DNA of 64,000 nt from Promethearchaeota archaeon (GCA_016840085.1 JAEOTA010000014.1:31025-95024); one strand, 5' to 3'; positions 11,211 through 21,413 are shown, counted from the first letter of the stretch. Notes: generated from the letters alone by a model not told the origin. Made by a program: numbers and translations.

Positions 11211-11287
11211 TTATAATTTCACTTTAGATTAAATTTAAAAATCTAATATATGATTATAAATCTAATTATAAAATTAAGATATTTAGA

Positions 11288-11815
11288 ATGGAATTATCCT
11301 TTAAAGTTATTATTGTTGGACCTGGTGCGGTTGGTAAAACAAGTTTACTAAACAGGTTTGTACATAACGAATTTAATTTAAAATATAAATTAACTATTGG
11401 TGTTGATTTTTTAACTAAAAATTTAGAATATAAACCATCAAAATTTGCTAAACTCCAAATATGGGATATAGGAGGTCAAGAAAGATTCAAATTTTTACAT
11501 CGTAGCTTTTATGATGGTGCTTTTGGTGCATTGCTTGTATTTGATCTTTCAAGACAACATACATTTTCACGTATGAAAATTTGGCTTTCAGAAATGCGTA
11601 GTATTGTTTTAAATGATATACCTAAAGTAATAATAGGGAATAAATCTGATTTAATTCCTGAAATTGGTCAGATTATAGATCGGAATGAAGTAGAAAAATA
11701 TGCAAAAAATGAAGGTTGTTTATATATTGAGACCTCAGCTAAAACGGGGGACAATGTTGAAAAAGCTTTTCTCGAACTTACGAATCACATAGTAAAAAAG
11801 GAAGAGAAAAAATAA
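11288..11815 (+). CDS. Rab-like small GTPase (Ras superfamily)
   Basis: G1 GPGAVGKTS, TIGVDF, G3 WDIGGQERF, G4 NKSD, G5 ETSAK; no C-terminal prenylation Cys. Confidence 0.93.
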   Translation: MELSFKVIIVGPGAVGKTSLLNRFVHNEFNLKYKLTIGVDFLTKNLEYKPSKFAKLQIWDIGGQERFKFLHRSFYDGAFGALLVFDLSRQHTFSRMKIWLSEMRSIVLNDIPKVIIGNKSDLIPEIGQIIDRNEVEKYAKNEGCLYIETSAKTGDNVEKAFLELTNHIVKKEEKK

Positions 11816-11875
11816 AGAGAAATGCGAAGTAATGCAAGGTAATTTTATTTTTTAATATCTTCTCTCTTTTATTTA

Positions 11876-13180
11876 TTAAACAAAAATTGCGGTTAAAATC
11901 ATTAAGTAGATCGCTGCTAGTCCAATATGTATGAAAGCAAAAATAGCTCCAGTAATAAGTAAGCGTTTATAGTTTAGATTATCTACACCTGAATCTTGAG
12001 CAATTTTTAAAGTCATCATATCACAAGCAGCACCTTGAGGAATAATATTTCCCCCAAGATTTATACCAATTATAAAAGCAAATAATAAAGGGACTGATTC
12101 AAAATTAAAAGGGGCTGCCATTAATGTCATGATTATGGTACTAAAAATTAATGCAGTTGGAGTATTCGCAACAAACCCACTCACAAAACTTATAATTATT
12201 AAAATCAAGAATGATAAGAGTATTGGATTCAATTCTTGAAAAGGTAAATTTGCAAAAATTTCGGTAAATCCAGCTTGAACTAAACATTCTATAACTACGT
12301 ACAGTGAAATAAAGAAGAATATTATTTCCCATTCAATATCTTTTAAAAGTTCACTCATAGGTTTTTTAGTAAACTTCCTATTGACTAGGACTAAAATTAA
12401 AGTCGAAACAACAGCAGTTAAATATAAAGGCACAGGTAATGCAACAAATAAAATAATCGTTATAATAATAGCTATGCTATTAAGATAAAACATCTTTTTA
12501 TTTTTTATCATAACATCTGTGTCTATTAAATCTATGACAAATCTCTTCTGTTGTTCCTCTATTTTTGGTTCTTTTGAAAGAATAAACCTATCTAATAAAA
12601 ATATGGTTAAAAAAAGTAGTAAAAATGAAAAAATCCAAAAATATTGAATAAAGTAAAGTGTATCAAGGTTAAAAGCCGTTGAGATGATAATATTTTCCCC
12701 ACTTGAAAACGGAGTAATGATTGATCCAATATTTATACAGATTGTCATTCCTAAAAGATATGTCCCAGATCTTATTTTTAAGAAGTTACAGAGACGGATT
12801 ACAATAGGCGCTAATATTAACACGACAACAACATCGCTTATAATAGCTGCTAATAGTGTTGTTATTATACATAGAAGCCAAAAGAAGATTCTTTGATCTC
12901 CCTTTGATATTTTAAAAAGTTTCACGGCAACATATTCTAAAATATTAGAATCCTGAGCAATTTTTGTTATAATGCTCATACTTAATATTATAATAATTGC
13001 GGGCCATTCAATACTAATAATAAATACTTCTAAATCTGTTCCCTTTACCAAAAATGTAATTGAAGCCGCTATAAAACAACATAAAAGGGAGATCGCGACG
13101 AAATCTAGATTGGGTCTCGTATAACTTAGAATAATAATTCCGAAAATAACAAATATTATTATTAATAATACAAGATCCAT
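11876..13180 (-). CDS. ArsB/NhaD/SLC13-family ion transporter
   Basis: More than 10 TM segments; NIGSIITPFSSGENII, IEWEIIFFF, SGFVANTP, NLGGNIIPQGA. Confidence 0.8.
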   Translation of the reverse strand: MDLVLLIIIFVIFGIIILSYTRPNLDFVAISLLCCFIAASITFLVKGTDLEVFIISIEWPAIIIILSMSIITKIAQDSNILEYVAVKLFKISKGDQRIFFWLLCIITTLLAAIISDVVVVLILAPIVIRLCNFLKIRSGTYLLGMTICINIGSIITPFSSGENIIISTAFNLDTLYFIQYFWIFSFLLLFLTIFLLDRFILSKEPKIEEQQKRFVIDLIDTDVMIKNKKMFYLNSIAIIITIILFVALPVPLYLTAVVSTLILVLVNRKFTKKPMSELLKDIEWEIIFFFISLYVVIECLVQAGFTEIFANLPFQELNPILLSFLILIIISFVSGFVANTPTALIFSTIIMTLMAAPFNFESVPLLFAFIIGINLGGNIIPQGAACDMMTLKIAQDSGVDNLNYKRLLITGAIFAFIHIGLAAIYLMILTAIFV

Positions 13181-13362
13181 TCTAATTTAAAGTGATATTT
13201 GTAGAATTAATTAATATTGTAAATAAACAGCGTTTAATAAATCTAATTAAAATCTATAGCTTTTAATTTTAAGGTAAATACGTTAACGAATTTAATGAAT
13301 TTGATAATTTCTTTTTGTTAATTCTTTTTACTAATTAAAAATTTGAAAATGTTAATCGAAAA

Positions 13363-14208
13363 TTATTTTACTAAGAAAAGTTTGATCAGAAAAATGAATA
13401 AATTCAAATCGTTTAAGAGATTAAAATTAGATAAAATATAGTCAAAAATATTTTCTTCAATAAAATATTTTAAACATGTATAAAAGCCTTCTTCTTCTTT
13501 GAGGATTTCAACTATTGTTTTAATTAAGTTTATCAATTGTTTTTCAACAACAAACATATCACAGTTCATGGGGTTGATATTAATCACGTTAACACCAGTC
13601 TTTCTCTGAAAATTAATTTTACATAATTCTGGATTTCTCTTCACAATTTCGAGTTTTTCATAATTTTTAAACATTTTTTCTATTTTTTTATAGATTTGAT
13701 TTTTTTTTTTCGCGGATAAATGGCCTTCAATGACATTAATCACTAAATTTAATATTTGTTGAAAAATCCCTAACATATCAAAAAATTCAGCTATAGTTGT
13801 AACACTTTCTGCTTGTTTCCATTGGGTATAATATTCATCAATAACCTCTTCAAATGGTTTGTAGAGTTCTACATTACCTGCCCATTTACTCCCCCAACGA
13901 TTCTTTTCATGAGCATATTGCTGTATAAATGTGTGTCGTATTACGTCTAAACGAGCTCTTAATATATCTCCACTTACTTCTTTAGAATCTGCACCAATAA
14001 ATAATAAATTAGTGTCCTTATCTTGGATATAAGCCCATCTTAAGCCACCCATTTCAATGGAATCAATGCCTTGCTTGAACTCCACTATTGTAAACTGATT
14101 CAAGGCAGTTAATAAACCAGAAACTAGATCTTCATTTACAGGGAAATCCATATATGGTTTATAGACTAATGTTATTCCAGAGTCAGACTCAAGTACCCAA
14201 ATATTCAT
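13363..14208 (-). CDS. Longin-like N-terminal domain protein with helical C-terminus
   Basis: IWVLxxxSGIxL..EDLVSGLLTALNQF..IDSIEMGG..LLFIG..IRHTFIQQY pattern typical of Asgard longin domains. Confidence 0.65.
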   Translation of the reverse strand: MNIWVLESDSGITLVYKPYMDFPVNEDLVSGLLTALNQFTIVEFKQGIDSIEMGGLRWAYIQDKDTNLLFIGADSKEVSGDILRARLDVIRHTFIQQYAHEKNRWGSKWAGNVELYKPFEEVIDEYYTQWKQAESVTTIAEFFDMLGIFQQILNLVINVIEGHLSAKKKNQIYKKIEKMFKNYEKLEIVKRNPELCKINFQRKTGVNVININPMNCDMFVVEKQLINLIKTIVEILKEEEGFYTCLKYFIEENIFDYILSNFNLLNDLNLFIFLIKLFLVK

Positions 14209-14300
14209 TTTTCAACCTAAACCTACTAAAAAATCTCCATGATAAATTAAAATTGAATCTTAAATAATTTCTTCTATTTATAATAAATGATTATTATCTA

Positions 14301-14789
14301 TTATAGATCACTAAGAGAATTTACTTTTAACCAACGTTCTAATTTTCTTAATATTTCTGTTATTTTAGTTCTTAAAGTAAGTTCTGCAGCATTTTTTCCA
14401 ATTAAATTTAGAAAGTCACTACTTAACGTAAAACTTTTAATAAAAACGCCAATTTTTGATTTAGTTGGAGTTAATGTCTTAATTCTTAAATGACCCTCTA
14501 ATTCTCTAACATCTTTATTATTTCTAACGTTCAGTTCAATTAACCGCCCTTTCCCTTCAGATTGTTCCCCTTTATCTTGTAAAACTAATTCTCCTTCCAT
14601 TTCAACAGGAATTTTAACAATCTCATCAAATATTTTATTATATAATACATTGGGAGCAATGAATTTTGCTTCCATTTTTTTAGTGGGATTAGTAATTATC
14701 CAAAACTCTTCTTTATACAGTGCTCTAATAAAATCCTCCTTATTACAATTCTCTATTTCTACAACCTTTGAGATTATGTTTACACTCAT
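14301..14789 (-). CDS. Hypothetical protein (possibly START/SRPBCC-like fold)
   Basis: 162-aa ORF; beta-rich pattern with long C-terminal amphipathic helix. Confidence 0.5.
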   Translation of the reverse strand: MSVNIISKVVEIENCNKEDFIRALYKEEFWIITNPTKKMEAKFIAPNVLYNKIFDEIVKIPVEMEGELVLQDKGEQSEGKGRLIELNVRNNKDVRELEGHLRIKTLTPTKSKIGVFIKSFTLSSDFLNLIGKNAAELTLRTKITEILRKLERWLKVNSLSDL

Positions 14790-15029
14790 GAAAATCTAAT
14801 CTCACTCTTATGTACTTAAATAATTAATATCTAGAAAACTTATAATTGTTTATATCTTTCTTCCCTTGTTTAATATTTCTAATTATTAATAGTCCAACAT
14901 TAAGAAATGCCTCAGTCTTCCTCTGATTTAATCATTTTTAAACATAAATCATAACTTAGGTATTTTCATCATAGGCATATAAATAATTAAAAAAATAGGA
15001 ATGTTTATACAAATAAATTAAGTTAATAC

Positions 15030-15236
15030 TTACTCATAGGCTAACCTAAATAATCTACTTTTATCTAAGTCATTCTCTTCTTTACATTTAGGGCAAATCC
15101 AGATCTTATCATTTTTTTTAACTGAATTAATACAATCATGACAGATTGCAATATCACATATACAATAATAAGTTCTATCCATAGAATCTTTGCAACTCTT
15201 ACCGCAAGTAAAACAAATTGGTGGAGTTCGTGTCAT
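15030..15236 (-). CDS. Small stand-alone C4C4 RING-like zinc finger protein
   Basis: C-x2-C-x13-C-x-C-x4-C-x2-C-x12-C-x2-C; start taken at ATG of MTRTPP. Confidence 0.7.
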   Translation of the reverse strand: MTRTPPICFTCGKSCKDSMDRTYYCICDIAICHDCINSVKKNDKIWICPKCKEENDLDKSRLFRLAYE

Positions 15237-15328
15237 TTTTAACTTAAACAATTTATTTATTTTTTTCTATATTATACTTTTAATTCTAAGTAATATATTA
15301 CTTTAATTATTAAATATAAGTTTATAAT

Positions 15329-15523
15329 ATGGATAAAGTAAGATCAGGAATTCGATTATTAGCATTATTTAGCATTTTTTTTATTTATAAAGCAATTACA
15401 GGAATAATTGAAAATAATACTAATGAAGTTATTTTATGGTCATTAATTACTGTTGTTTATATAATTTCACTTGTAATATTGTATTTTGTGGTTAAGAACT
15501 GGGAAAATGAACAAAAACTTTAA
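15329..15523 (+). CDS. Small 2-TM membrane protein
   Basis: 64 aa with two hydrophobic segments. Confidence 0.55.
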   Translation: MDKVRSGIRLLALFSIFFIYKAITGIIENNTNEVILWSLITVVYIISLVILYFVVKNWENEQKL

Positions 15524-15526
15524 CCA

Positions 15527-15805
15527 TTATTTCTTTTTCTTCAAAAACCCTGGAATCATTCCATCAAGACCAAGATTCTTCAAAATAGTATCTCTTACAT
15601 TCATCTGAATTGTTAAATCTGACATCATTTTCATGGCATCCTCTAATGCTTTTGAGAAATTTTCACTCGCCTCTTTTATGGCTTGGGAAGTTGAATTTAA
15701 GGATTCCCTAATAGCAAGATTGGTCTCATGTAATTCTTCTGTTAATTTTTCCATGCTATTTCGCATTTCAGAAAGTTCATTTTTTAACTCTTTTATTCCA
15801 GCCAT
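15527..15805 (-). CDS. Small coiled-coil protein
   Basis: Heptad-like L/M/E/K pattern, 92 aa. Confidence 0.6.
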   Translation of the reverse strand: MAGIKELKNELSEMRNSMEKLTEELHETNLAIRESLNSTSQAIKEASENFSKALEDAMKMMSDLTIQMNVRDTILKNLGLDGMIPGFLKKKK

Positions 15806-16735
15806 TTTTTTCCATTATTCTCGTTGTTAAGCTAAATAAATATTTAATATTTATTAAAATTATCAACTAGCATAGAATATGTAAGGTTTCGCTTTTAAAA
15901 ATTTATTATTTGTAGATCTCCCTTAAATTTATATGGTATTTTCAGAATTATTTTTATAAACTAAAATGATAAATTTTTATTTTAGTTGTAAAGACTTTAC
16001 ATTTACATCAATAGAATTTTCATTTCTAATTTAATACTTCATACTCCATTCTTATTATTAATAACAATAATATATTTATTTCTTTGATAGATTTTAAATA
16101 TAAAAACATAAAAACAGATTAAAATTATGTCAGAATGGAAAGAAAAATTAGACAGTTCAAAAAAAGACGAATTCTTTTGCACAGGATGAGGTATAGTTGA
16201 TGGAATTATTCGATGTATTAAAAATATCAAAATTAGACACCATAAGAAAAGAATTTCAAAAAATTAAAACAAATCTCAAGGATTAGATTTAAAAAATATT
16301 AGGAACTAATCCTATGAATTCAGCCAAGAATTCGAGATTATATCTTATTGTTTCACTTTTTTATATTAAATTAATAAAAGTTAAACCGTTTTTATAAAAA
16401 ATTCACATTCTGATAGTAGCTTCTATTATTTATAATCGCTACCCTTTTTTCTTTAGGATACTTCAAAAGATTAGAACATTAAAAGGTGTTTGTTAAAATG
16501 GCTGAACAGAGAGATTATATTGATATTGATTATGACGAAAACTGTTATAATTCCAGTTGATCTTTTATTGATATGTGGTATCGAAGAGCACGCAAACTCA
16601 AAAAATTAAAAGAAAAACAGAGTAAAACAAATAATAAATAGAATCTCAAAAAATTAAATCAAAAATGGTAGGATTTAATTCTAAGTTCTGCGTGAACAAG
16701 AGGTTTAATGATTAAAAATTAATTTTTTATTCTTT

Positions 16736-18121
16736 TTATGAGGGTATATGTGTTGGCGTATTCGATCCTTCTCCAACTTTCCTATAAGTGAATCCCTTTT
16801 CCTCAACCAATTTTTTCTTAAAGATATTTCTGCCATCAATAATAATAGGTGTTTTCACTTTACTCTTTAAATCATCAAGATCAATATCATAATACTCACT
16901 ATGGTTTGTGGCAAAAATGAGAACGTCAGCTCCAGAAACAGCTTTATTAAAGTCATTCGTTAATTCTGTGGCGTTGTAATCTCGCGGTTTCACATAAGGA
17001 TCATGCGCAATAAATGTTATGTTGTGAGAATGATACCTATTTTTTAAGAATTTAACAATATTTTCAGTTGGTGTATTACGAGTGTCATCTGTATTTGCCT
17101 TGTAAGAAATCCCTAATAAAGTAATTTTGATATTGTCTACTACTTTGCGTGATTCTCTAAAAGTATCTTCCATCAATTCTATTATATGACGAGGCATGAA
17201 ATCATTCAAATCTCTTGCTTTTAGCAAAATATCAGAGTTGAATTTATGTTCCGTGTATGTGCGATGACCATATTCGAGTAAATGAGGATCCTTTGTAAGA
17301 CAATGACCTCCTACGCCTGAACCAGGATAATGCATCATTCGATCATCCCTTTGGTTAATTAATTCTATAATCTCAAATATATTTCTATTAAAGTCTTCAC
17401 ATAATAACGCCATTTCATTTGCAAAAGCTATGTTAACATCCCTATAAGTATTTTCAATACATTTAGTTAATTCGGCTGTTAATGTATCAGTTACTCTTAA
17501 TTCCTTCTTGACTACCTTTCCATATAAGAATTTTGCTCTATTATTTGCTTCTTCACACCCTCCTCCAATTACTCGTTCCATATCAGTTATATATTCGAGT
17601 AATTTCCCAGGCATAAGGCGTTCGAATGAAAATACTAGATAAAAATCCTCTCCTCTCTTTAGCCCACTTCCTTCCTCTAATATCGGTTGTACAATATTAT
17701 TAGTTGTGCCCGGTGCTACTGTGGATTCAATTATAATCGTAGTTCCTTTTTTATTATGTTTAGATATTTCTTTAGAAACCTCTTTTAATGATTCGTATCT
17801 AGGAACTTTAGAATCTAGGTCAACAGGGGTCTGTACGTCAACTAGAATAAAATCTGCATCATCCACATCATCATATTTGTCAGTAACCTTCAATTTTCCA
17901 TTTTTTGCAACTCTAGCTATTAATTCATCTAAACCTGGCTCCTCTCCCTCAAAAGGATTCTTTCCACTATTGAGCCAATCAATCTTCCAACCTGATCTTT
18001 TTGATCTACGCTGAATTCCAGTAACATAAAAATTATCAACATCAGCTAATAATGCTGCCATTGGTATACCTACATACCCCATGCCGATAACAACTATATT
18101 AGTTCTATCCATTTTAACCAC
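16736..18121 (-). CDS. Nucleotide-sugar dehydrogenase (UDP-ManNAc/GlcNAc 6-dehydrogenase, WecC-like)
   Basis: GMGYVG, VQTP, ESTVAPGTT, ENTYRDVNIAFANE, GVGGHCL, YKANTDDTR. Confidence 0.9.
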   Translation of the reverse strand: MVKMDRTNIVVIGMGYVGIPMAALLADVDNFYVTGIQRRSKRSGWKIDWLNSGKNPFEGEEPGLDELIARVAKNGKLKVTDKYDDVDDADFILVDVQTPVDLDSKVPRYESLKEVSKEISKHNKKGTTIIIESTVAPGTTNNIVQPILEEGSGLKRGEDFYLVFSFERLMPGKLLEYITDMERVIGGGCEEANNRAKFLYGKVVKKELRVTDTLTAELTKCIENTYRDVNIAFANEMALLCEDFNRNIFEIIELINQRDDRMMHYPGSGVGGHCLTKDPHLLEYGHRTYTEHKFNSDILLKARDLNDFMPRHIIELMEDTFRESRKVVDNIKITLLGISYKANTDDTRNTPTENIVKFLKNRYHSHNITFIAHDPYVKPRDYNATELTNDFNKAVSGADVLIFATNHSEYYDIDLDDLKSKVKTPIIIDGRNIFKKKLVEEKGFTYRKVGEGSNTPTHIPS

Positions 18122-18256
18122 AGAGTTATTATTTTTGGTTGATTATTTTATCTTAATCCTAATTTAACTTCTTAATAATTAGTAATAATTAATATAATTC
18201 ATAATTCAAAAAATTTAGGAAAATAAAAAGAAATTAAAAATTAAATTATTGGCATT

Positions 18257-18906
18257 TTATTTTTTGTATTTAGGTTTTACAGCTTTGAAAATACTTGCTA
18301 TTACGGCTCCTCCTATGAATCCTCCTACATGAGCAAAATGGGCAGTCTGTCCTATGCTTAAAGGGTCAAGAATCGAAACAATCGCATAAGTTAATTCAGC
18401 TACAAAGTATATTACAATAAAAACACCCGCACCCACTTTTCGCGCACCTACTCCCGATAGAACATTAAATTTATTACCAGGATAAAGAATAGCATACACT
18501 GCCATAAGTCCAAAAATTGCTCCTGAAGCGCCTAAAGAAGGAATATCTGCTAAAAATGGGCCCCATACTGGAATAATTATCGTACTTAAAGCGTGAAGTA
18601 AAGTACCACACAATCCTGAAACAAAGTAGGTAAATAAAAATAAGAAATGCCCCATAGAATGTTCACAATTATCTGTTATTACAAGGTAAAACCACATGTT
18701 CATGATTATGTGGACATTGATGTGATTAATGTCCATAACTTTTCCCCTGCAAAGAATTCAGAAGGAACAAAAGCAGCTTCGATATGCATTTGCCCAGCAG
18801 GATCCAAAAACTGTCAGATAAAGACAATTATATTTGCGATTAATATAAGTACAGAGAAATATTGCTTAAAAAATGGAATTTTATCAGGTTCAGCTTCATA
18901 TACCAT
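18257..18906 (-). pseudogene. Rhomboid intramembrane serine protease, disrupted
   Basis: ATG at 18906 reads MVYEAEP..ANIIVFI*QFL..LWTLITSM; in-frame TGA at 18814-18816 and frameshift near 18714 into HIIMNMW..GASGA..HFAHVGG. Confidence 0.8.
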
Positions 18907-19096
18907 TTTAATTAACTCTCTTTATTTTTTTTGAATAGAATTCAATATTAAAGATAAGTTCCTTAAAACTATTTAAAGGTTCTTCTAATACTTACTAAAT
19001 TTAAATAATAAAAAGAAGAAGAAATAGTATGAAGTTAATTTCTAATAGAAGCTTCTTAAATTATAAAGATCGTTAATAGAAAATAAACTGAGGTTT

Positions 19097-19486
19097 TTAA
19101 TTCTTATTTTGCTCTAATAACTCTTGAATTGTTTTCAAAAGTTCTTTACCAGAAAAAGGTTTTGTAATATAGGCATCAGCACCTAGTTTCTTTCCCTTTT
19201 GAACATCCTCATTAAAACTTTTCACTGTGAATAATACAACAAGGATATCTCTATATCTTTCATTATTCTTGATTTCCTCGAGAACGCTATAGCCCGATCG
19301 GCCTGGCATCATTATATCTAAGAGGATTAGGGCGATTTTTTCATAATTCTCTTCTACCATTTTCATTGCTTCTTTTGCATTATTACTTGTTATCGTTTCA
19401 AAATCTCCTAACTTTAAAAATTTCTCAGTGAGATTAACAATATCTGGCTCATCATCTACAATTAGGATCGTATTTTTTCCAGACAT
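19097..19486 (-). CDS. Stand-alone response-regulator receiver (CheY-like)
   Basis: ILIVDDE, LLDIMMP, T, GADAYITKPF. Confidence 0.92.
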   Translation of the reverse strand: MSGKNTILIVDDEPDIVNLTEKFLKLGDFETITSNNAKEAMKMVEENYEKIALILLDIMMPGRSGYSVLEEIKNNERYRDILVVLFTVKSFNEDVQKGKKLGADAYITKPFSGKELLKTIQELLEQNKN

Positions 19487-19600
19487 AAGTAAACCCTAAA
19501 CACAATTATTAGTCTTAGTTAAGAATAAATTTATTTAACTATTATATATTGATTTATGCATTTATATAAATGACCTTATTTTTTGCAATTGTGATAGACA

Positions 19601-20260
19601 TTGGTAAGAAAAAATAGACTCCCGAAATTTCCAGATGATTATATTGATGACAAAGCGGAAGAATATGATAGTTCAAGCTGGATGGAGCGCAATCAGAAGA
19701 GAGCCACTTTATTAAGTATTCAATATCTTTACGACGAAAAATTAAGTGGTAAGGCAGACAAGGGGGTAAATATAGGAGATTCCTACCTAATTTTAGACTT
19801 AGGATGCGGCACAGGATTTTCATCTGAAATTATGATTGAAAATGGATTTAGAGTAATTGGAATAGATATTTTAAGTGATATGTTATTAAAAGCAAGAGAT
19901 AAGAAAAAAAAATTTGAAAATTATAAAAGTTTAGAATTAATATTAGCAGATATTAATTTTTTACCTATAAAGGGAGCCTCAATTGATCACATTATTTCAA
20001 TTTCATCCTATAATTTTATAACGTATGGAAAAGACAACTACGGAGAAAGGATTAAGCTTCTAAATGATACAGCAAAATATTTGAATAAGATTTTAAAGAA
20101 AAAAGGAAGAATTATTATTGAATTTTACCCTAAGAATGATAAGGAACTAAAGGTTTTTAAAAGATCATTTATAATGAATGGATTTGAAGGCTACATGGTG
20201 AAAAATAAGCCTTCTCAAAAATCAGGTCAAACCTATTTATTATTAAAGAAAATATCTTAA
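19601..20260 (+). CDS. Class I SAM methyltransferase, Bud23/WBSCR22-like
   Basis: ILDLGCGTG, IISIS, EFYPKND, NGFEG..TYLLL collinear with Bud23 as recalled. Confidence 0.75.
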   Translation: MVRKNRLPKFPDDYIDDKAEEYDSSSWMERNQKRATLLSIQYLYDEKLSGKADKGVNIGDSYLILDLGCGTGFSSEIMIENGFRVIGIDILSDMLLKARDKKKKFENYKSLELILADINFLPIKGASIDHIISISSYNFITYGKDNYGERIKLLNDTAKYLNKILKKKGRIIIEFYPKNDKELKVFKRSFIMNGFEGYMVKNKPSQKSGQTYLLLKKIS

Positions 20261-20270
20261 AAATGGGAAA

Positions 20271-21413
20271 ATGGGAACATGCAAATTCTGTGGTAAACTT
20301 GATAGGAATATCTCTGAAGTCCTACAAGTATGTAGGGCTTGTATTCTAAATGGAGATTGGGAGATAATTGAACCACATATTTTCCAAGTGCATAAACAAG
20401 TTCGGCAACTCGTTGATTTACCAGATAAACCTCCTAAAGCAGAACGACCAAATATTAAACTAAACTGCAATTACTGCATAAATGAATGTTCTCTTTCTGA
20501 AAATGATGTAAGTTATTGCGGATTAAGAAACATTCAAAGAAAGAACTCAGGGGAATTGCCATTTCCAACAAAATCAAAGGGTTATATTCATGGCTATATA
20601 GATCCAAATCCAACAAATTGTTGCAATGCTTGGTTTTGCCCCGCAGGAACTCCAGCAGGATATCCCGAATTCTCGAATTATGAAGGCCCTGAATTTGGTA
20701 CATACAGCTACGCTGCCTTTCTATATGGATGTACGTTTTCGTGTTTGTTCTGCCAAAATAGTAGCCATAAGCAATTTCAGAAGCGAAATCTATTTGATGG
20801 TGAAGCTTTAGCAAATCAAATAGTAAAAAATGAAAAGATTACTTGTCTATGCTATTTTGGGGGAACTCCCGAATCCCAATTACCGTTTTCTATTAACTTA
20901 GCAGAACTTATTTTAGAAAAAATGGAAAACGAAGATAAAAAGAGAAAATTCAGGATATGCTGGGAATGGAATGGAAGTGGAAGACAAGATTTAGTAGAAA
21001 AATGCATGAGACTCGCAATAAAAACAGGAGGAAATATTAAATTTGATTTAAAAAGTTTCAATGAGAAATTAAATTTAGCAATGTGTGGTGTCAGTAATAG
21101 TAGAACACTTGAAAATTTCAAATTTTTAGCGGAGAAGTATTTTGGAACTAGAGGGAAAGACATGCCAGAGATGAGTGCGTGTACACTGATGGTTCCCGGA
21201 TACACTACTCAAGAAGAAGTTGAGCTGATTGCTGAATTTGTTAGTTCCATAAACGAAAATATTCCTTTTAGTTTATTAATTTTTCATGGAGATTATCAAA
21301 TGAGGGATTTAGGGATTACTCCTCGTAAGCAAGCGTTAAAAAGTTTTGAAGTAGCAAAAAAATATTTAAAAAATGTGAATTTGGGAAATAAATTTCTTTT
21401 AGGAATTGTTTAA
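20271..21413 (+). CDS. Radical SAM protein (PFL-activase/AmmeMemoRadiSam-like) with N-terminal Cys clusters
   Basis: GCTFSCLFCQN, CNYCxxxC..CGLR, FDLK, TLMVPG. Confidence 0.85.
   Translation: MGTCKFCGKLDRNISEVLQVCRACILNGDWEIIEPHIFQVHKQVRQLVDLPDKPPKAERPNIKLNCNYCINECSLSENDVSYCGLRNIQRKNSGELPFPTKSKGYIHGYIDPNPTNCCNAWFCPAGTPAGYPEFSNYEGPEFGTYSYAAFLYGCTFSCLFCQNSSHKQFQKRNLFDGEALANQIVKNEKITCLCYFGGTPESQLPFSINLAELILEKMENEDKKRKFRICWEWNGSGRQDLVEKCMRLAIKTGGNIKFDLKSFNEKLNLAMCGVSNSRTLENFKFLAEKYFGTRGKDMPEMSACTLMVPGYTTQEEVELIAEFVSSINENIPFSLLIFHGDYQMRDLGITPRKQALKSFEVAKKYLKNVNLGNKFLLGIV

Noticed and set aside
18814-18816. Selenocysteine in the rhomboid
   Set aside because: Site is at the end of a TM helix with Trp-like context, and the gene also has a frameshift
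16498-18906. Global TGA=Trp recoding suggested by in-frame TGAs
   Set aside because: TGA ends apparently complete genes (24131, 43159, 55807) and Trp is read from TGG throughout
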